Part shown: positions 1 to 8,709 of the stretch, piece after piece | Layout of the letters: each line of letters begins with the position of its first letter | How positions within the stretch are numbered: the stretch's first letter is position 1 | DNA from: Candidatus Ryanbacteria bacterium | GTDB taxonomy: Bacteria > Patescibacteriota > Minisyncoccia > Ryanbacterales > GWA2-47-10b | Direction: 5' to 3' | Length of the DNA: 47,324 nucleotides | Assembly: GCA_009691385.1 (NCBI GenBank) | Contig: SICQ01000002.1 | Coordinates: forward strand, 1-47,324 | The notes under the pieces: generated by a model | The model's database searches: none | Told to the model about the DNA's origin: nothing | Seen by the model: only the letters and a program-made list of their open reading frames with translations | Translations under genes and position numbers: made by a program

Positions 1-437
1 GCGACCGCCTTCACGATGAAGGCCTCGCCCGATGCTGGTCCGTAGCGCCGGCCGTTCCATTTGAGCATCCCCTTGGCGTTGGGGATCACCACACCCGAGT
101 TGCAAGCACGCTCGATGAGCTCGCCAACCTTCTCGCGGGCACTTACACCTTCGATGGCGCATGCCGGCAATTGATCGAGAATAGCAACCGCCGCCGCGCA
201 CATGCGGTAGTAGTTGCTGAGCACGGGGTTCTGACGCAGAAAACGCGTCATATCTCCCGATACAAACTCGGCGACACGCCTGACGAGTGCGAGATCGTCA
301 GTGTTGATGCCGGCACCACCCGAGAGCTCTGTGGCACGAGTGCGCACCACCTCCTCGAGGATCAGCCGCTGACTCTCGCGCACGACATCCGTGGCGAGCG
401 TGCCCAACACATCTTCGCGTCCTTGTGTTGCGGGCAT
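1..437 (-). CDS. hypothetical protein, first 145 codons only (gene runs off left edge); GC-rich
   Basis: Uninterrupted minus-strand frame from ATG (437-435) to position 1 (MPATQGREDVLGTLATDVVRESQRLILEEVVRTRATELSGG...). AAGGAGGG SD (rc of 443-450) lies 5 nt upstream. Missing from the ORF track because it has no stop in the window. No family recognised. Confidence 0.5.
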   Translation of the reverse strand, partial: MPATQGREDVLGTLATDVVRESQRLILEEVVRTRATELSGGAGINTDDLALVRRVAEFVSGDMTRFLRQNPVLSNYYRMCAAAVAILDQLPACAIEGVSAREKVGELIERACNSGVVIPNAKGMLKWNGRRYGPASGEAFIVKAV

Positions 438-499
438 GATACCCTCCTTTCTTTGTCTTGGCGCTTTCGCGCGTTTTTCTGGTGCTGAAGTTCGAAAAA

Positions 500-527
500 A
501 GTATATCATTTTATTCTATTTTGTCAA
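500..527 (-). promoter_or_regulatory. sigma70-like promoter for the left-edge gene
   Basis: On the minus strand: TTGACA (527-522), 16-nt spacer, TATACT (505-500). About 55 nt upstream of the ATG at 437. Confidence 0.45.
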
Positions 528-535
528 GTTATCCA

Positions 536-563
536 TTGACGAAGCTGAATCTCTTCGCATACT
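536..563 (+). promoter_or_regulatory. possible promoter of the dprA-topA-rel operon
   Basis: TTGACG (536-541), 16-nt spacer, CATACT (558-563). The -10 ends only 9 nt before the dprA ATG. Confidence 0.25.
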
Positions 564-572
564 CTCAAAACT

Positions 573-1442
573 ATGGAGCCTTCTATATATAGCATTACGC
601 ACACGCACCAAGGATGGCCTGCGCTCCTGCGCGAACTACCCCCAAAGGCAGTTCCTGCCGCGCTCCATATAAAAGGTGCTCTCCCCTCACCTGACACGCT
701 CATTGTAGGTATCGTGGGTAGCCGTAACCCCACTCGCTACGGCAAAGATATGACCGAGGAGATAGCGCGAGCACTCGCTCGTCGTGGCATCGTCATCGCG
801 TCTGGTATGGCGCGAGGTGTCGACACCATTGCGCATCGTGCCGCACTTGATGTGGGTACGCCAACGATCGCAGTACTCGGCTCGGGACTTTCTGAAAAAG
901 TAATATACCCTAAAGACAACATTGGCCTTTCGCGTGAGATCGCCACCAAAAATGGCGCAGTGATATCCGAATACGGCGCTGACCAAAAACCCGAGCTCTG
1001 GACATTTCCCCAAAGAAACCGTATTATTGCGGGCATCGCGAAAGCAGTCATTGTGACCGAAGCTGGCGAGAAGTCGGGCGCGCTTATCACCGCGCGCTAC
1101 GCTCTCGAATACGGGCGTGATGTGCTCGCCTTGCCGGGACAGATGACAAGCCCCCTCTCGCGCGGCACCAACGCTCTTATCAAAGAAGGCGCGATACCAA
1201 TTGTGAGCATCGATAGCATCTTTGAAGCGCTTGGCATTGAAATATCATCGGAGATAAAAAATACTATGGCTTATTCGCCCGATGAGCAAACTATTTTAGA
1301 ACATTTGACCGAAGAACTTTCGACCGACGAGATTATCAAACGAACGCGTCTCGCCCCTCAAGTGGTGCTCGCCAGTACCGCGTCACTCGAGATTGAGGGT
1401 ATGATTAAACAGACAGGAGGAGTATGGCGTAAACTCATCTAA
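573..1442 (+). CDS. dprA: DNA-processing protein DprA/Smf
   Basis: 289 aa. Rossmann-like SMF core (VGSRNPTRYG, GMARGVDTIAH, FPQRNRIIAG, VIVTEAGEKSGALITA) plus a C-terminal winged-helix-like tail. Followed by topA as in many bacteria. Confidence 0.9.
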   Translation: MEPSIYSITHTHQGWPALLRELPPKAVPAALHIKGALPSPDTLIVGIVGSRNPTRYGKDMTEEIARALARRGIVIASGMARGVDTIAHRAALDVGTPTIAVLGSGLSEKVIYPKDNIGLSREIATKNGAVISEYGADQKPELWTFPQRNRIIAGIAKAVIVTEAGEKSGALITARYALEYGRDVLALPGQMTSPLSRGTNALIKEGAIPIVSIDSIFEALGIEISSEIKNTMAYSPDEQTILEHLTEELSTDEIIKRTRLAPQVVLASTASLEIEGMIKQTGGVWRKLI

Positions 1443-1444
1443 CT

Positions 1445-3517
1445 ATGGCAACAAAATCAAAACCGAGAGCGAAAAAACTCAAAACACTCGTCATCGTCGA
1501 GTCACCTACCAAAGCGAGAACCATCTCGCGCTTTTTGAGCTCCGCCTACATCGTTGAATCAAGCTTTGGTCATATCCGCGATCTACCAAGCTCCAGTCTC
1601 GGCATCAATGTCGAGGGAGATTTTGCGCCCAAGTACATCATCCCCCGCAAAAAAAGTCCCGCGGTCAAAGTACTCAAAGCGGCGGCAAAGAAAGCAAACC
1701 GTATCATTCTTGCGACTGACGAGGATCGCGAAGGTGAGGCAATCGCGTGGCATTTGGCTGCCGCGCTCAATATCGAAGTACCCGAACGCATCGTATTTCA
1801 TGAGATCACCAAAACTGCGATTGAAGAAGCGCTCTTGCATCCGCGCCCGCTCGATCTGCATCTTGTCGATGCCCAGCAAGCACGCCGCGTTCTTGACAGG
1901 CTTGTAGGATACAAACTCTCGCCCTTTTTGTGGAAAAAAGTTATGCGCGGACTTTCTGCCGGCCGCGTACAGTCAGTAGCATTGCGCTTGATTGCTGAGC
2001 GCGAACGCGAACGCGAAGCATTTATCAAACAAGAATATTGGACCATCGGTGGATCATTTTTTACGCCATCGCGCGCGCAATTTACCGCAGAGCTCGTATC
2101 TATCAGCGGTAAGTCTCTCGAGAAGTTTGATATACCATCAGAAGAAGCTGCAAAAAATCTTGAGAAAAAACTTGCGGGCAGAGAATGGCTCATCGAATCA
2201 GTCGAAAAAAAGCGATCATCGCGCGCGCCTGCCGCACCCTTTACTACGAGTACCCTTCAACAAGAAGCCTCGCGCCGCCTGCGCTTTAGTGCAAAGCAAA
2301 CCATGATGCTCGCCCAACAGCTCTATGAAGGTATCGAGGTGACTGAGGGCTCGGTGGGTCTGATCACCTACATGCGTACCGACTCGACCAATCTCTCGGT
2401 ATCGTCGCAGACAGCGGCGCGTGAGTATCTGACAAAAGAACTTGGTACCGAGTACGCTATGGAAACCGCGCGCGTATACAAGACAAAATCAAAAGGCGCG
2501 CAAGAAGCTCACGAAGCTATCCGCCCGTCTGATGTATGGCGTACACCCGAGTCAGTAGCGCCCCATCTCGATCCCAAGCAGGCAAAACTCTACGAGCTTA
2601 TCTGGCGCCGCTTTGTCGCCTCACAAATGCCCAACGCCATCTTTGATGTCTCGACTATTGTCGTCGCGGACAAAAAAGAAGTGGGCACCAAATTTCGCAC
2701 ATCGGGTCAGATAATCTCCTTTGATGGTTTTTTAAAAGTATGGAAAACAAAATCCGAAGAGCTCGAACTGCCTGATGTAAAAGAACAACAAATCGTATCA
2801 CTCGAATCGATTGATCCCACGCAACACTTTACCGAACCGCCCGCGCGCTTTTCTGACGCGACACTGGTCAAGATACTTGAAAAAAATGGCATCGGACGGC
2901 CATCAACCTACGCACCGACCATCTCGACAATCATCGAGCGCGGCTATGTAGTACGCGATCCACAGCGGCGCTTTCAACCATCAGAGGTTGGCCTCATCGT
3001 AAACGATCTTATCGTAGAACACTTCCCCGAGGTTGTTGACCTTGCCTTTACCGCCGAGATGGAAGAAAAATTTGACCAGATTGCAGAGGGAGAGAAAGAA
3101 TGGATGCCGATTATTAAAGATTTTTACGAACCGTTTGCCAAGCACCTCGAAGAAAAATATGAAACGGTAGAAAAGCGTGAGATGACCGAACCTGCGGGTG
3201 AAGATTGCCCAAACTGTGGCAAGCCCATGATCATCCGTCATGGCCGCTTTGGTAGATTTATCGCCTGCTCCGGATTTCCTGACTGTAAAACGACCAAAAC
3301 CCTTCCGCCAAAATCAATCGGCATCAAATGCCCCGAATGCAACGAGGGTGATTTAGTTGAACGCAAAACACGCCAACGCCGACTTTTTTACGGATGCTCA
3401 CGCTACCCTACCTGCAAATATGCTACCTGGAAACGCCCCGGTAACCCTGATGCTGAAGGTGAAGAGGCAAAAAAAGATGACGACAAAGAACAGGAGCAAG
3501 AACCAGACGACGAATAA
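1445..3517 (+). CDS. topA: DNA topoisomerase I (type IA)
   Basis: 690 aa. Toprim start (LVIVESPTKARTI, ATDEDREGEAIAWH), catalytic-Tyr region (GLITYMRTDS). Two C-terminal C4 zinc ribbons (CPNCG...CSGFPDC, CPEC...CSRYPTC) and an acidic tail. Confidence 0.95.
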   Translation: MATKSKPRAKKLKTLVIVESPTKARTISRFLSSAYIVESSFGHIRDLPSSSLGINVEGDFAPKYIIPRKKSPAVKVLKAAAKKANRIILATDEDREGEAIAWHLAAALNIEVPERIVFHEITKTAIEEALLHPRPLDLHLVDAQQARRVLDRLVGYKLSPFLWKKVMRGLSAGRVQSVALRLIAEREREREAFIKQEYWTIGGSFFTPSRAQFTAELVSISGKSLEKFDIPSEEAAKNLEKKLAGREWLIESVEKKRSSRAPAAPFTTSTLQQEASRRLRFSAKQTMMLAQQLYEGIEVTEGSVGLITYMRTDSTNLSVSSQTAAREYLTKELGTEYAMETARVYKTKSKGAQEAHEAIRPSDVWRTPESVAPHLDPKQAKLYELIWRRFVASQMPNAIFDVSTIVVADKKEVGTKFRTSGQIISFDGFLKVWKTKSEELELPDVKEQQIVSLESIDPTQHFTEPPARFSDATLVKILEKNGIGRPSTYAPTISTIIERGYVVRDPQRRFQPSEVGLIVNDLIVEHFPEVVDLAFTAEMEEKFDQIAEGEKEWMPIIKDFYEPFAKHLEEKYETVEKREMTEPAGEDCPNCGKPMIIRHGRFGRFIACSGFPDCKTTKTLPPKSIGIKCPECNEGDLVERKTRQRRLFYGCSRYPTCKYATWKRPGNPDAEGEEAKKDDDKEQEQEPDDE

Positions 3518-3520
3518 TAT

Positions 3521-5236
3521 ATGCACAAAACATGGGATCAATTTGCCAGCACCCTCACCCGCTTCTCAGATGCGGAACGAGCTCTTATTAAAAAAGCATT
3601 TGATCTCTCGGTAAGTTCGCATGCAGGACAAATGCGCGCGTCGGGTGACCCGTACATCACGCACCCAGTCGCGGTTGCCGAAAAACTTATCACACTCAAG
3701 CTTGACGCACCCGCCATCGCAGCCGCGCTCTTGCATGATGTTTTAGAAGATACCGAATTAACCAAAGAAGAAGTTGAGCGCGAGCTTGGATCAGAAGTAG
3801 CATTTTTAGTAGAGAGTCTGACAAAATTTGACCGTGTACGCTACCGCGGATTTGAGCGAGCCGCCGAATCGATGCGTAAAATGTTTTTGGCAGTCGCCCA
3901 AGATATTCGCGTAGTCATCATCAAGCTCGCTGATCGTCTGCACAATATGCACACTATTGGCGCACTCGCGCCCGAAAAACAAAAACGCATCTCCGCCGAA
4001 ACACTCGAGATCTACGCGCCGCTCGCCTACCGCCTCGGCATGGGTGAGATGAAGGGTGAACTTGAAGATTTGGCATTTCCTATTATCTATCCCGCGGAGG
4101 CAAAAAAACTTGCGAATGATGTCAAAAAAATATTGCCCCAGCGTACCGAATATGTCTCGCGGGTAGCGCCTATCGTGGAGCGTGAACTGGGTGCGGGTGG
4201 CGTAGCACACTTTACCGTAAACTTTCGCGAGAAACATTACTATAGTCTTTGGAAAAAACTTCAGCGCTATGACAATGATCTTTCGCGCATTGCGGACTTA
4301 GTGGCGCTGCGTATCATTGTCGATACCGTTGAACAGTGCTATCAAGCGCTCGGTATCATCCATGCGACCTGGCGCCCCGTACCCGGCCGTATCAAAGACT
4401 ATATCTCGATGCCAAAACCAAACGGCTATCAATCACTCCATACAACCGTCTTTTGTGAAGATGACATTGTAGCCGAATTTCAAATACGCACGCGCGCCAT
4501 GCATGAAGCAGCTGAAGTCGGCGTTACCGCCCACTGGGCGTATGTCGAGGGAGGCAAAAATAAAGCCGGTGTTAAAGTAGCCGAAGAAAAAATCGCGTGG
4601 ATACGCAAACTGCAAGAGTGGCAACAAGACTTTGCGGAAGGCGCATCAAATGAAGACTTTGTCGAAGCGCTCAAAATAGACTTTTTCAAAGATCGTATTT
4701 TTGTACTTACCCCGCGCGGCGAAGTCATCGATCTACCCGAGGGCGCGACCCCCATCGACTTTGCCTACCATGTACACTCCGAGATCGGTGATCGGATGAC
4801 GGGCGCCAAAGTAAACGGTAAGATGGTGCCCTTTACCTACGCACTCGCATCAGGCGATACCGCCGAGGTCATCACCGCAAAAAATGCAAAACCCAAACCT
4901 GACTGGCTCACCATTGCGCGATCAACCGTAGCACGCGGACATATACGCGTGGCACTCCGCCGCATGGGCATTGAGCCGGTGACGGTACGCAAATCAAACG
5001 CGCGGGCGCCAAAACACTCAACCCTCAAAATAACGCGCGTAAGCCGCGTGGGACTTCTCAAAGAGATTGTCACCCTTTTGACCAAAGAGAAAATCAATAT
5101 GCAAAAAACTGACGCGGACGCCCAAAATCCCGTCATGACTATCGAATGCATCATACCCAAGGCGTGTGACACCAAAAAACTCACGACGCGCCTCCGTCGC
5201 ATCAAAGGCGTGAAGTTAGTGGAGCTTACACCGTAA
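3521..5236 (+). CDS. rel: bifunctional (p)ppGpp synthetase/hydrolase (RelA/SpoT homolog)
   Basis: 571 aa. HD hydrolase motif (LLHDVLEDT), synthetase motif (NGYQSLHTTV), TGS region (IFVLTPRGEVIDLPEGATPIDFAY), C-terminal ACT-like end. Confidence 0.9.
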   Translation: MHKTWDQFASTLTRFSDAERALIKKAFDLSVSSHAGQMRASGDPYITHPVAVAEKLITLKLDAPAIAAALLHDVLEDTELTKEEVERELGSEVAFLVESLTKFDRVRYRGFERAAESMRKMFLAVAQDIRVVIIKLADRLHNMHTIGALAPEKQKRISAETLEIYAPLAYRLGMGEMKGELEDLAFPIIYPAEAKKLANDVKKILPQRTEYVSRVAPIVERELGAGGVAHFTVNFREKHYYSLWKKLQRYDNDLSRIADLVALRIIVDTVEQCYQALGIIHATWRPVPGRIKDYISMPKPNGYQSLHTTVFCEDDIVAEFQIRTRAMHEAAEVGVTAHWAYVEGGKNKAGVKVAEEKIAWIRKLQEWQQDFAEGASNEDFVEALKIDFFKDRIFVLTPRGEVIDLPEGATPIDFAYHVHSEIGDRMTGAKVNGKMVPFTYALASGDTAEVITAKNAKPKPDWLTIARSTVARGHIRVALRRMGIEPVTVRKSNARAPKHSTLKITRVSRVGLLKEIVTLLTKEKINMQKTDADAQNPVMTIECIIPKACDTKKLTTRLRRIKGVKLVELTP

Positions 5237-6116
5237 ACTGCTCTTCGGTTGCTTGCGTCAACCGTTCGTTCTCGATTCGTTCTTCGCGCTCACGCATAAG
5301 TTTTGCCGCGATACCATAGAGCTCTTCGTCTGAGAAAAATTCGATAGAGATTTTGCCCTTACCACCTGCCTCTTTGTGAATCTCAACGCGCGTACCAAGT
5401 ACATTGCCAAGCCGTTCTTCTACCGCGCGAGTCTCGGCACTCGGCAGATCTTCTACTTTGCGTGCGCGCTCACGAGCAATGCGGCGCGAGATACGCTCCG
5501 CCTCACGCACCGAGATATGGTGATCAAGAATATCAAGAAATAATTCTTTTTGTTCTTCGGGTCGCGTAGATAACATGAGGAGAGGCCGCGTGTGACCTTC
5601 GGTTATTTTCCCACCGCGTACCGCTTCCTGCATGTCTTGGGGCAACATCAAGATACGAATAGTATTGGCAATCGATTCGCGTGACTTGCCTACGCGTCCT
5701 GCGATCTCGGGCTGCTTCATCCCAAACTCATCGATCAACCGTTTGTAGGCGATTGCGCGCTCAATAGCGTTGAGATCTTGGCGTTGCACATTTTCTACCA
5801 AGGCAAGCTCAAGACGAACCTTTGCCGGCTCTTCGCGACGAATAGTAACAGGAACTTCACGAAGACCAATCATTTGCGAAGCGCGAAAACGCCTTTCACC
5901 TGCTACGAGCTCATAGGTCACCTCAGTACCGGTCTCACTCTCACGCTCGATGCGGGTTACGACCAGCGCCTGCAAAATACCATATTGGCGGATTGATTCG
6001 GCAAGGCCCTTGAGTGCCGCCTCGTCAAACTCGGTACGAGGCTGGTAGGGATTGGGCTTGATCTTTTCTATGGGTATCCAGAAGACACTCTCTTTTTCTT
6101 TCAATTCGTCAGGCAT
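5226..6116 (-). CDS. parB: ParB/Spo0J-family partition protein
   Basis: 296 aa. ParB N-terminal box (IKPNPYQPR...GILQALVV...GERRFRAS) and HTH (QPEIAGRVGKSRESIANTIRIL). Its 3' end overlaps the rel 3' end by 11 nt (convergent). Confidence 0.9.
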   Translation of the reverse strand: MPDELKEKESVFWIPIEKIKPNPYQPRTEFDEAALKGLAESIRQYGILQALVVTRIERESETGTEVTYELVAGERRFRASQMIGLREVPVTIRREEPAKVRLELALVENVQRQDLNAIERAIAYKRLIDEFGMKQPEIAGRVGKSRESIANTIRILMLPQDMQEAVRGGKITEGHTRPLLMLSTRPEEQKELFLDILDHHISVREAERISRRIARERARKVEDLPSAETRAVEERLGNVLGTRVEIHKEAGGKGKISIEFFSDEELYGIAAKLMREREERIENERLTQATEEQFTV

Positions 6117-6182
6117 GCATCCAGAATAGAGAAATATTGGAAAAATGACAACGGAATGCTAGTATGGTGGAGAATCATATTT

Positions 6183-6266
6183 GCCGCGGTGGCGGAATTG
6201 GCATACGCGCACGACTCAAAATCGTGTGTCCTCACGGGCGTGTGGGTTCGACTCCCACCCGCGGCA
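6183..6266 (+). tRNA. tRNA-Leu (anticodon CAA), type II with long variable arm
   Basis: GCCGCGG acceptor pairs with CCGCGGC. D-arm GCGGAATTGGCATACGCGC. Anticodon stem CACGA/TCGTG with loop CTCAAAA. Long variable arm. T-arm TGGGTTCGACTCCCA. Discriminator A; CCA not encoded. Near-identical layout to bacterial tRNA-Leu. Confidence 0.9.
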
Positions 6267-6281
6267 CAGTATAATAAAATA

Positions 6282-7127
6282 ATGCATTTTCTCTTTCCAC
6301 TTGTAGGAAGCGTCTCTCAAGGCACTTCGTTTGTCATTGATAAGACAATCCTTTCGATGCGGCGCGTGAGTTTCCGTACTCATATGGGTGTTGGGTTTCC
6401 TATCTTTTGGCTGATGATGCTGGGCGCTTTTTTTATCTATCGCCCACCACTTTTCCCATCTACCGACATCTACCACTTGGGACTTATGGCTATCGGCATC
6501 GTGTTATCGCTCGTCACCAATATTTTTTACTATCGCGCGCTCGATGCTGATGAACTCTCTGACCTTGAAATCGTCGATTTGTTTCGCAACATCCCCATCA
6601 TCATCGTCACAAGTATCTTGTTCGCTGATGAACGCAATCCTATATTGTTTGGAGCGGGCCTTGCCGCGTCTCTCGCCATCATCTGGTCGCATTGGCAACG
6701 CGGGCATTTCTCCATGCAAAAACGCACCGTGCCGTTTCTCTTGTGGGGCATGCTGGCGGCACCCGTATCTGCAGCTATCGCAAAAGTACTCCTCGCAGTC
6801 TGGCATCCGGTAGCGCTCTTTTTAATACAAGACGCTGTGGTAACGCTCGCCGCCATATATCTGTACCATCACGAATTTAAAAAAATCACCCCAAAACTTT
6901 TGGGGCTCTTGATACTATCGAGCGCGCTTAGTGTTGGCGGATGGATCTTGTTTGGTTTGAGCTACCAACAGCTGGGCGTCGTACATACCACGCTTCTGTT
7001 CTCACTCCAGCCACTTATTGTTTATTTTGCTTCACTCGTCATACTCAAAGAGCCGCATCATTGGAAAAAAACAATAGCGTTTTTTGTGGTGCTTGTGGCA
7101 ATCCTTGTCGCAGAATTTTATCGCTAG
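6282..7127 (+). CDS. polytopic membrane protein, DMT/EamA-like (weak)
   Basis: ATG at 6282 chosen because the track ORF start (6156) would run through the tRNA-Leu gene. About 281 aa, roughly 8-10 hydrophobic helices in two halves. Confidence 0.6.
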   Translation: MHFLFPLVGSVSQGTSFVIDKTILSMRRVSFRTHMGVGFPIFWLMMLGAFFIYRPPLFPSTDIYHLGLMAIGIVLSLVTNIFYYRALDADELSDLEIVDLFRNIPIIIVTSILFADERNPILFGAGLAASLAIIWSHWQRGHFSMQKRTVPFLLWGMLAAPVSAAIAKVLLAVWHPVALFLIQDAVVTLAAIYLYHHEFKKITPKLLGLLILSSALSVGGWILFGLSYQQLGVVHTTLLFSLQPLIVYFASLVILKEPHHWKKTIAFFVVLVAILVAEFYR

Positions 7128-7168
7128 GTCTTGCATAAATCATCAGAGTTTCGTACGCTAGCGGCAGA

Positions 7169-7861
7169 TTGTTCGTCATCAAAAGAAAGAGAGGTGCTCT
7201 GGTGACAGAAGTTGAAGCGCTCGCTATCCTCAAACGCACAGACGCGATCCGGATGGGCGGCCACTATGTCTACGCGTCATGGGATCATGGCGACACCTAT
7301 GTCGACAAAGATCGCATCCTCCAAGACCCCCACGCGGTCTTTGCGGTGACCATGGGCATCGCGGAGCTCTTGGCGCCGCACGATCCCGAAGTCATTGTGG
7401 GCCCAGAGCTTGGTGGTATCGGCATCGCGATGTTTGTCGCACACCACCTAACCGAGATCCTCGGTAAAACAGTCAAAGCGGCGTTTGCTGAGAAGATTGG
7501 CGATGAGCCACCATTTCGGTACCGGCTTCGCAAAGGACACTATGCTATCGTTGCCGGCAAACGCGTAGCGATCGTCGAAGATGTGATCAACACAGGTCAC
7601 ACCATCGAACGCGTCGTGGGCGCAGTCATGCCTCACGCAGGCAGTATGGTCGCTATCGGTGCTATCTGCGATCGCGGTGCCATCGAGCGCCGACATGTAG
7701 CTGGTGTCAGCCCCGTATGTGCGCTTACCAGCATCAAGCTCCGTACGCATGATTGGCACAATTGCCCTCTGTGCCGCCGTGGAGACGCCATCAATATCGA
7801 TCTCGGTCACGGAGTCGCTTTCCTCGCTCGCCAAGCGCGTGCGAATTCGCACCGACTCTAG
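7169..7861 (+). CDS. phosphoribosyltransferase, orotate-PRTase-like (GC-rich)
   Basis: PRPP-binding motif VAIVEDVINTGHT; C-terminal CPLC. Start ambiguous: TTG 7169 or GTG 7202, the latter 7 nt after AAGAGAGG. Possible promoter TTGCAT(7131-7136)-17-TACGCT(7154-7159). Confidence 0.75.
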   Translation: MFVIKRKRGALVTEVEALAILKRTDAIRMGGHYVYASWDHGDTYVDKDRILQDPHAVFAVTMGIAELLAPHDPEVIVGPELGGIGIAMFVAHHLTEILGKTVKAAFAEKIGDEPPFRYRLRKGHYAIVAGKRVAIVEDVINTGHTIERVVGAVMPHAGSMVAIGAICDRGAIERRHVAGVSPVCALTSIKLRTHDWHNCPLCRRGDAINIDLGHGVAFLARQARANSHRL

Positions 7862-7863
7862 TC

Positions 7864-7888
7864 ATCCCGCATCTGCGGGATTTTTTAT
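7864..7888 (+). terminator. intrinsic terminator after the PRTase gene
   Basis: ATCCCGC-atct-GCGGGAT followed by TTTTTTAT. Overlaps the folD stop region. Confidence 0.6.
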
Positions 7889-8709
7889 TTCTCCAAGAAA
7901 GTTACAAGATTTTGAAACACCAGCGCTACGGTAAGCGGCCCTACCCCACCCTTGAGTGGCGTCATGTGCGATGCTTTTTTTGATACCGATTCTTGATCGA
8001 CATCACCTACCAATACACCGCCATCTTCCGATGTACCTACATCAACGACGACAACGCCGTCCTTGACCATCTCGCCTGTAATGACGCGCGGCTTGCCAAG
8101 ACCTGAAATAACAATATCGGCATCTTTGAGCATCTCATGATTTACCTGATCGGCGCCGTGAAGCACGGTGACGACGGCGCCCGCCCGCATCGCCCACATC
8201 GCTACCGGTTGACCTACGAGGCGCCCGGCACCCACCACAACTATTTTTTTACCTGATACTTCAACGCCATAATGCTCGAGTAATAATTTTACCGCCCCTG
8301 CTACCGGTGGCATGATGTGTGACTTGCCAACGGACACATTGCCTACCGCGCGCGCCGAGAGTACATCAACATCTTTTTCAGGAATAATCGCGTTGAGTAT
8401 CGCTTGCGCATCAATCTGCCCTGGTAGTGGAAGCTGTACGATCACGCCACTATTGCGTGGCTCGTGCACAATATCACGCATGCGCTCGCGTAAATTATTT
8501 GTTGAAATATCTACCGGCATCTCATATCGCTGTGTCTCAATGCCAACACTTTTTGCAAATACCTCTTTGAGCTCAACAAATTTTTTAGACGGCGCTGACT
8601 CGCCCACCATCACGATAGCAAGACGCGGCTTTGGTGATATACCCGATACGCGAGATGCGATATCATTTTTTATTTTTTCAAGTATTGGCTTTGCCTCTAA
8701 AAAAATCAT
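7885..8709 (-). CDS. folD: bifunctional methylenetetrahydrofolate dehydrogenase/cyclohydrolase
   Basis: 274 aa. GESAPSKKFV, VIVQLPLP, VVVGAGRLVGQPVA, TPLKGGVGPLTVA. Confidence 0.9.
   Translation of the reverse strand: MIFLEAKPILEKIKNDIASRVSGISPKPRLAIVMVGESAPSKKFVELKEVFAKSVGIETQRYEMPVDISTNNLRERMRDIVHEPRNSGVIVQLPLPGQIDAQAILNAIIPEKDVDVLSARAVGNVSVGKSHIMPPVAGAVKLLLEHYGVEVSGKKIVVVGAGRLVGQPVAMWAMRAGAVVTVLHGADQVNHEMLKDADIVISGLGKPRVITGEMVKDGVVVVDVGTSEDGGVLVGDVDQESVSKKASHMTPLKGGVGPLTVALVFQNLVTFLEK

Noticed and set aside
171-488. 105-aa + strand ORF at the left edge.
   Set aside because: It is antisense to the better-supported minus-strand gene (SD plus a consensus promoter). Its product is Cys/His/Arg-rich and looks like noise.
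6156-6281. N-terminal extension of the membrane-protein ORF.
   Set aside because: It would translate straight through the tRNA-Leu gene (6183-6266). The internal ATG at 6282 was used instead.
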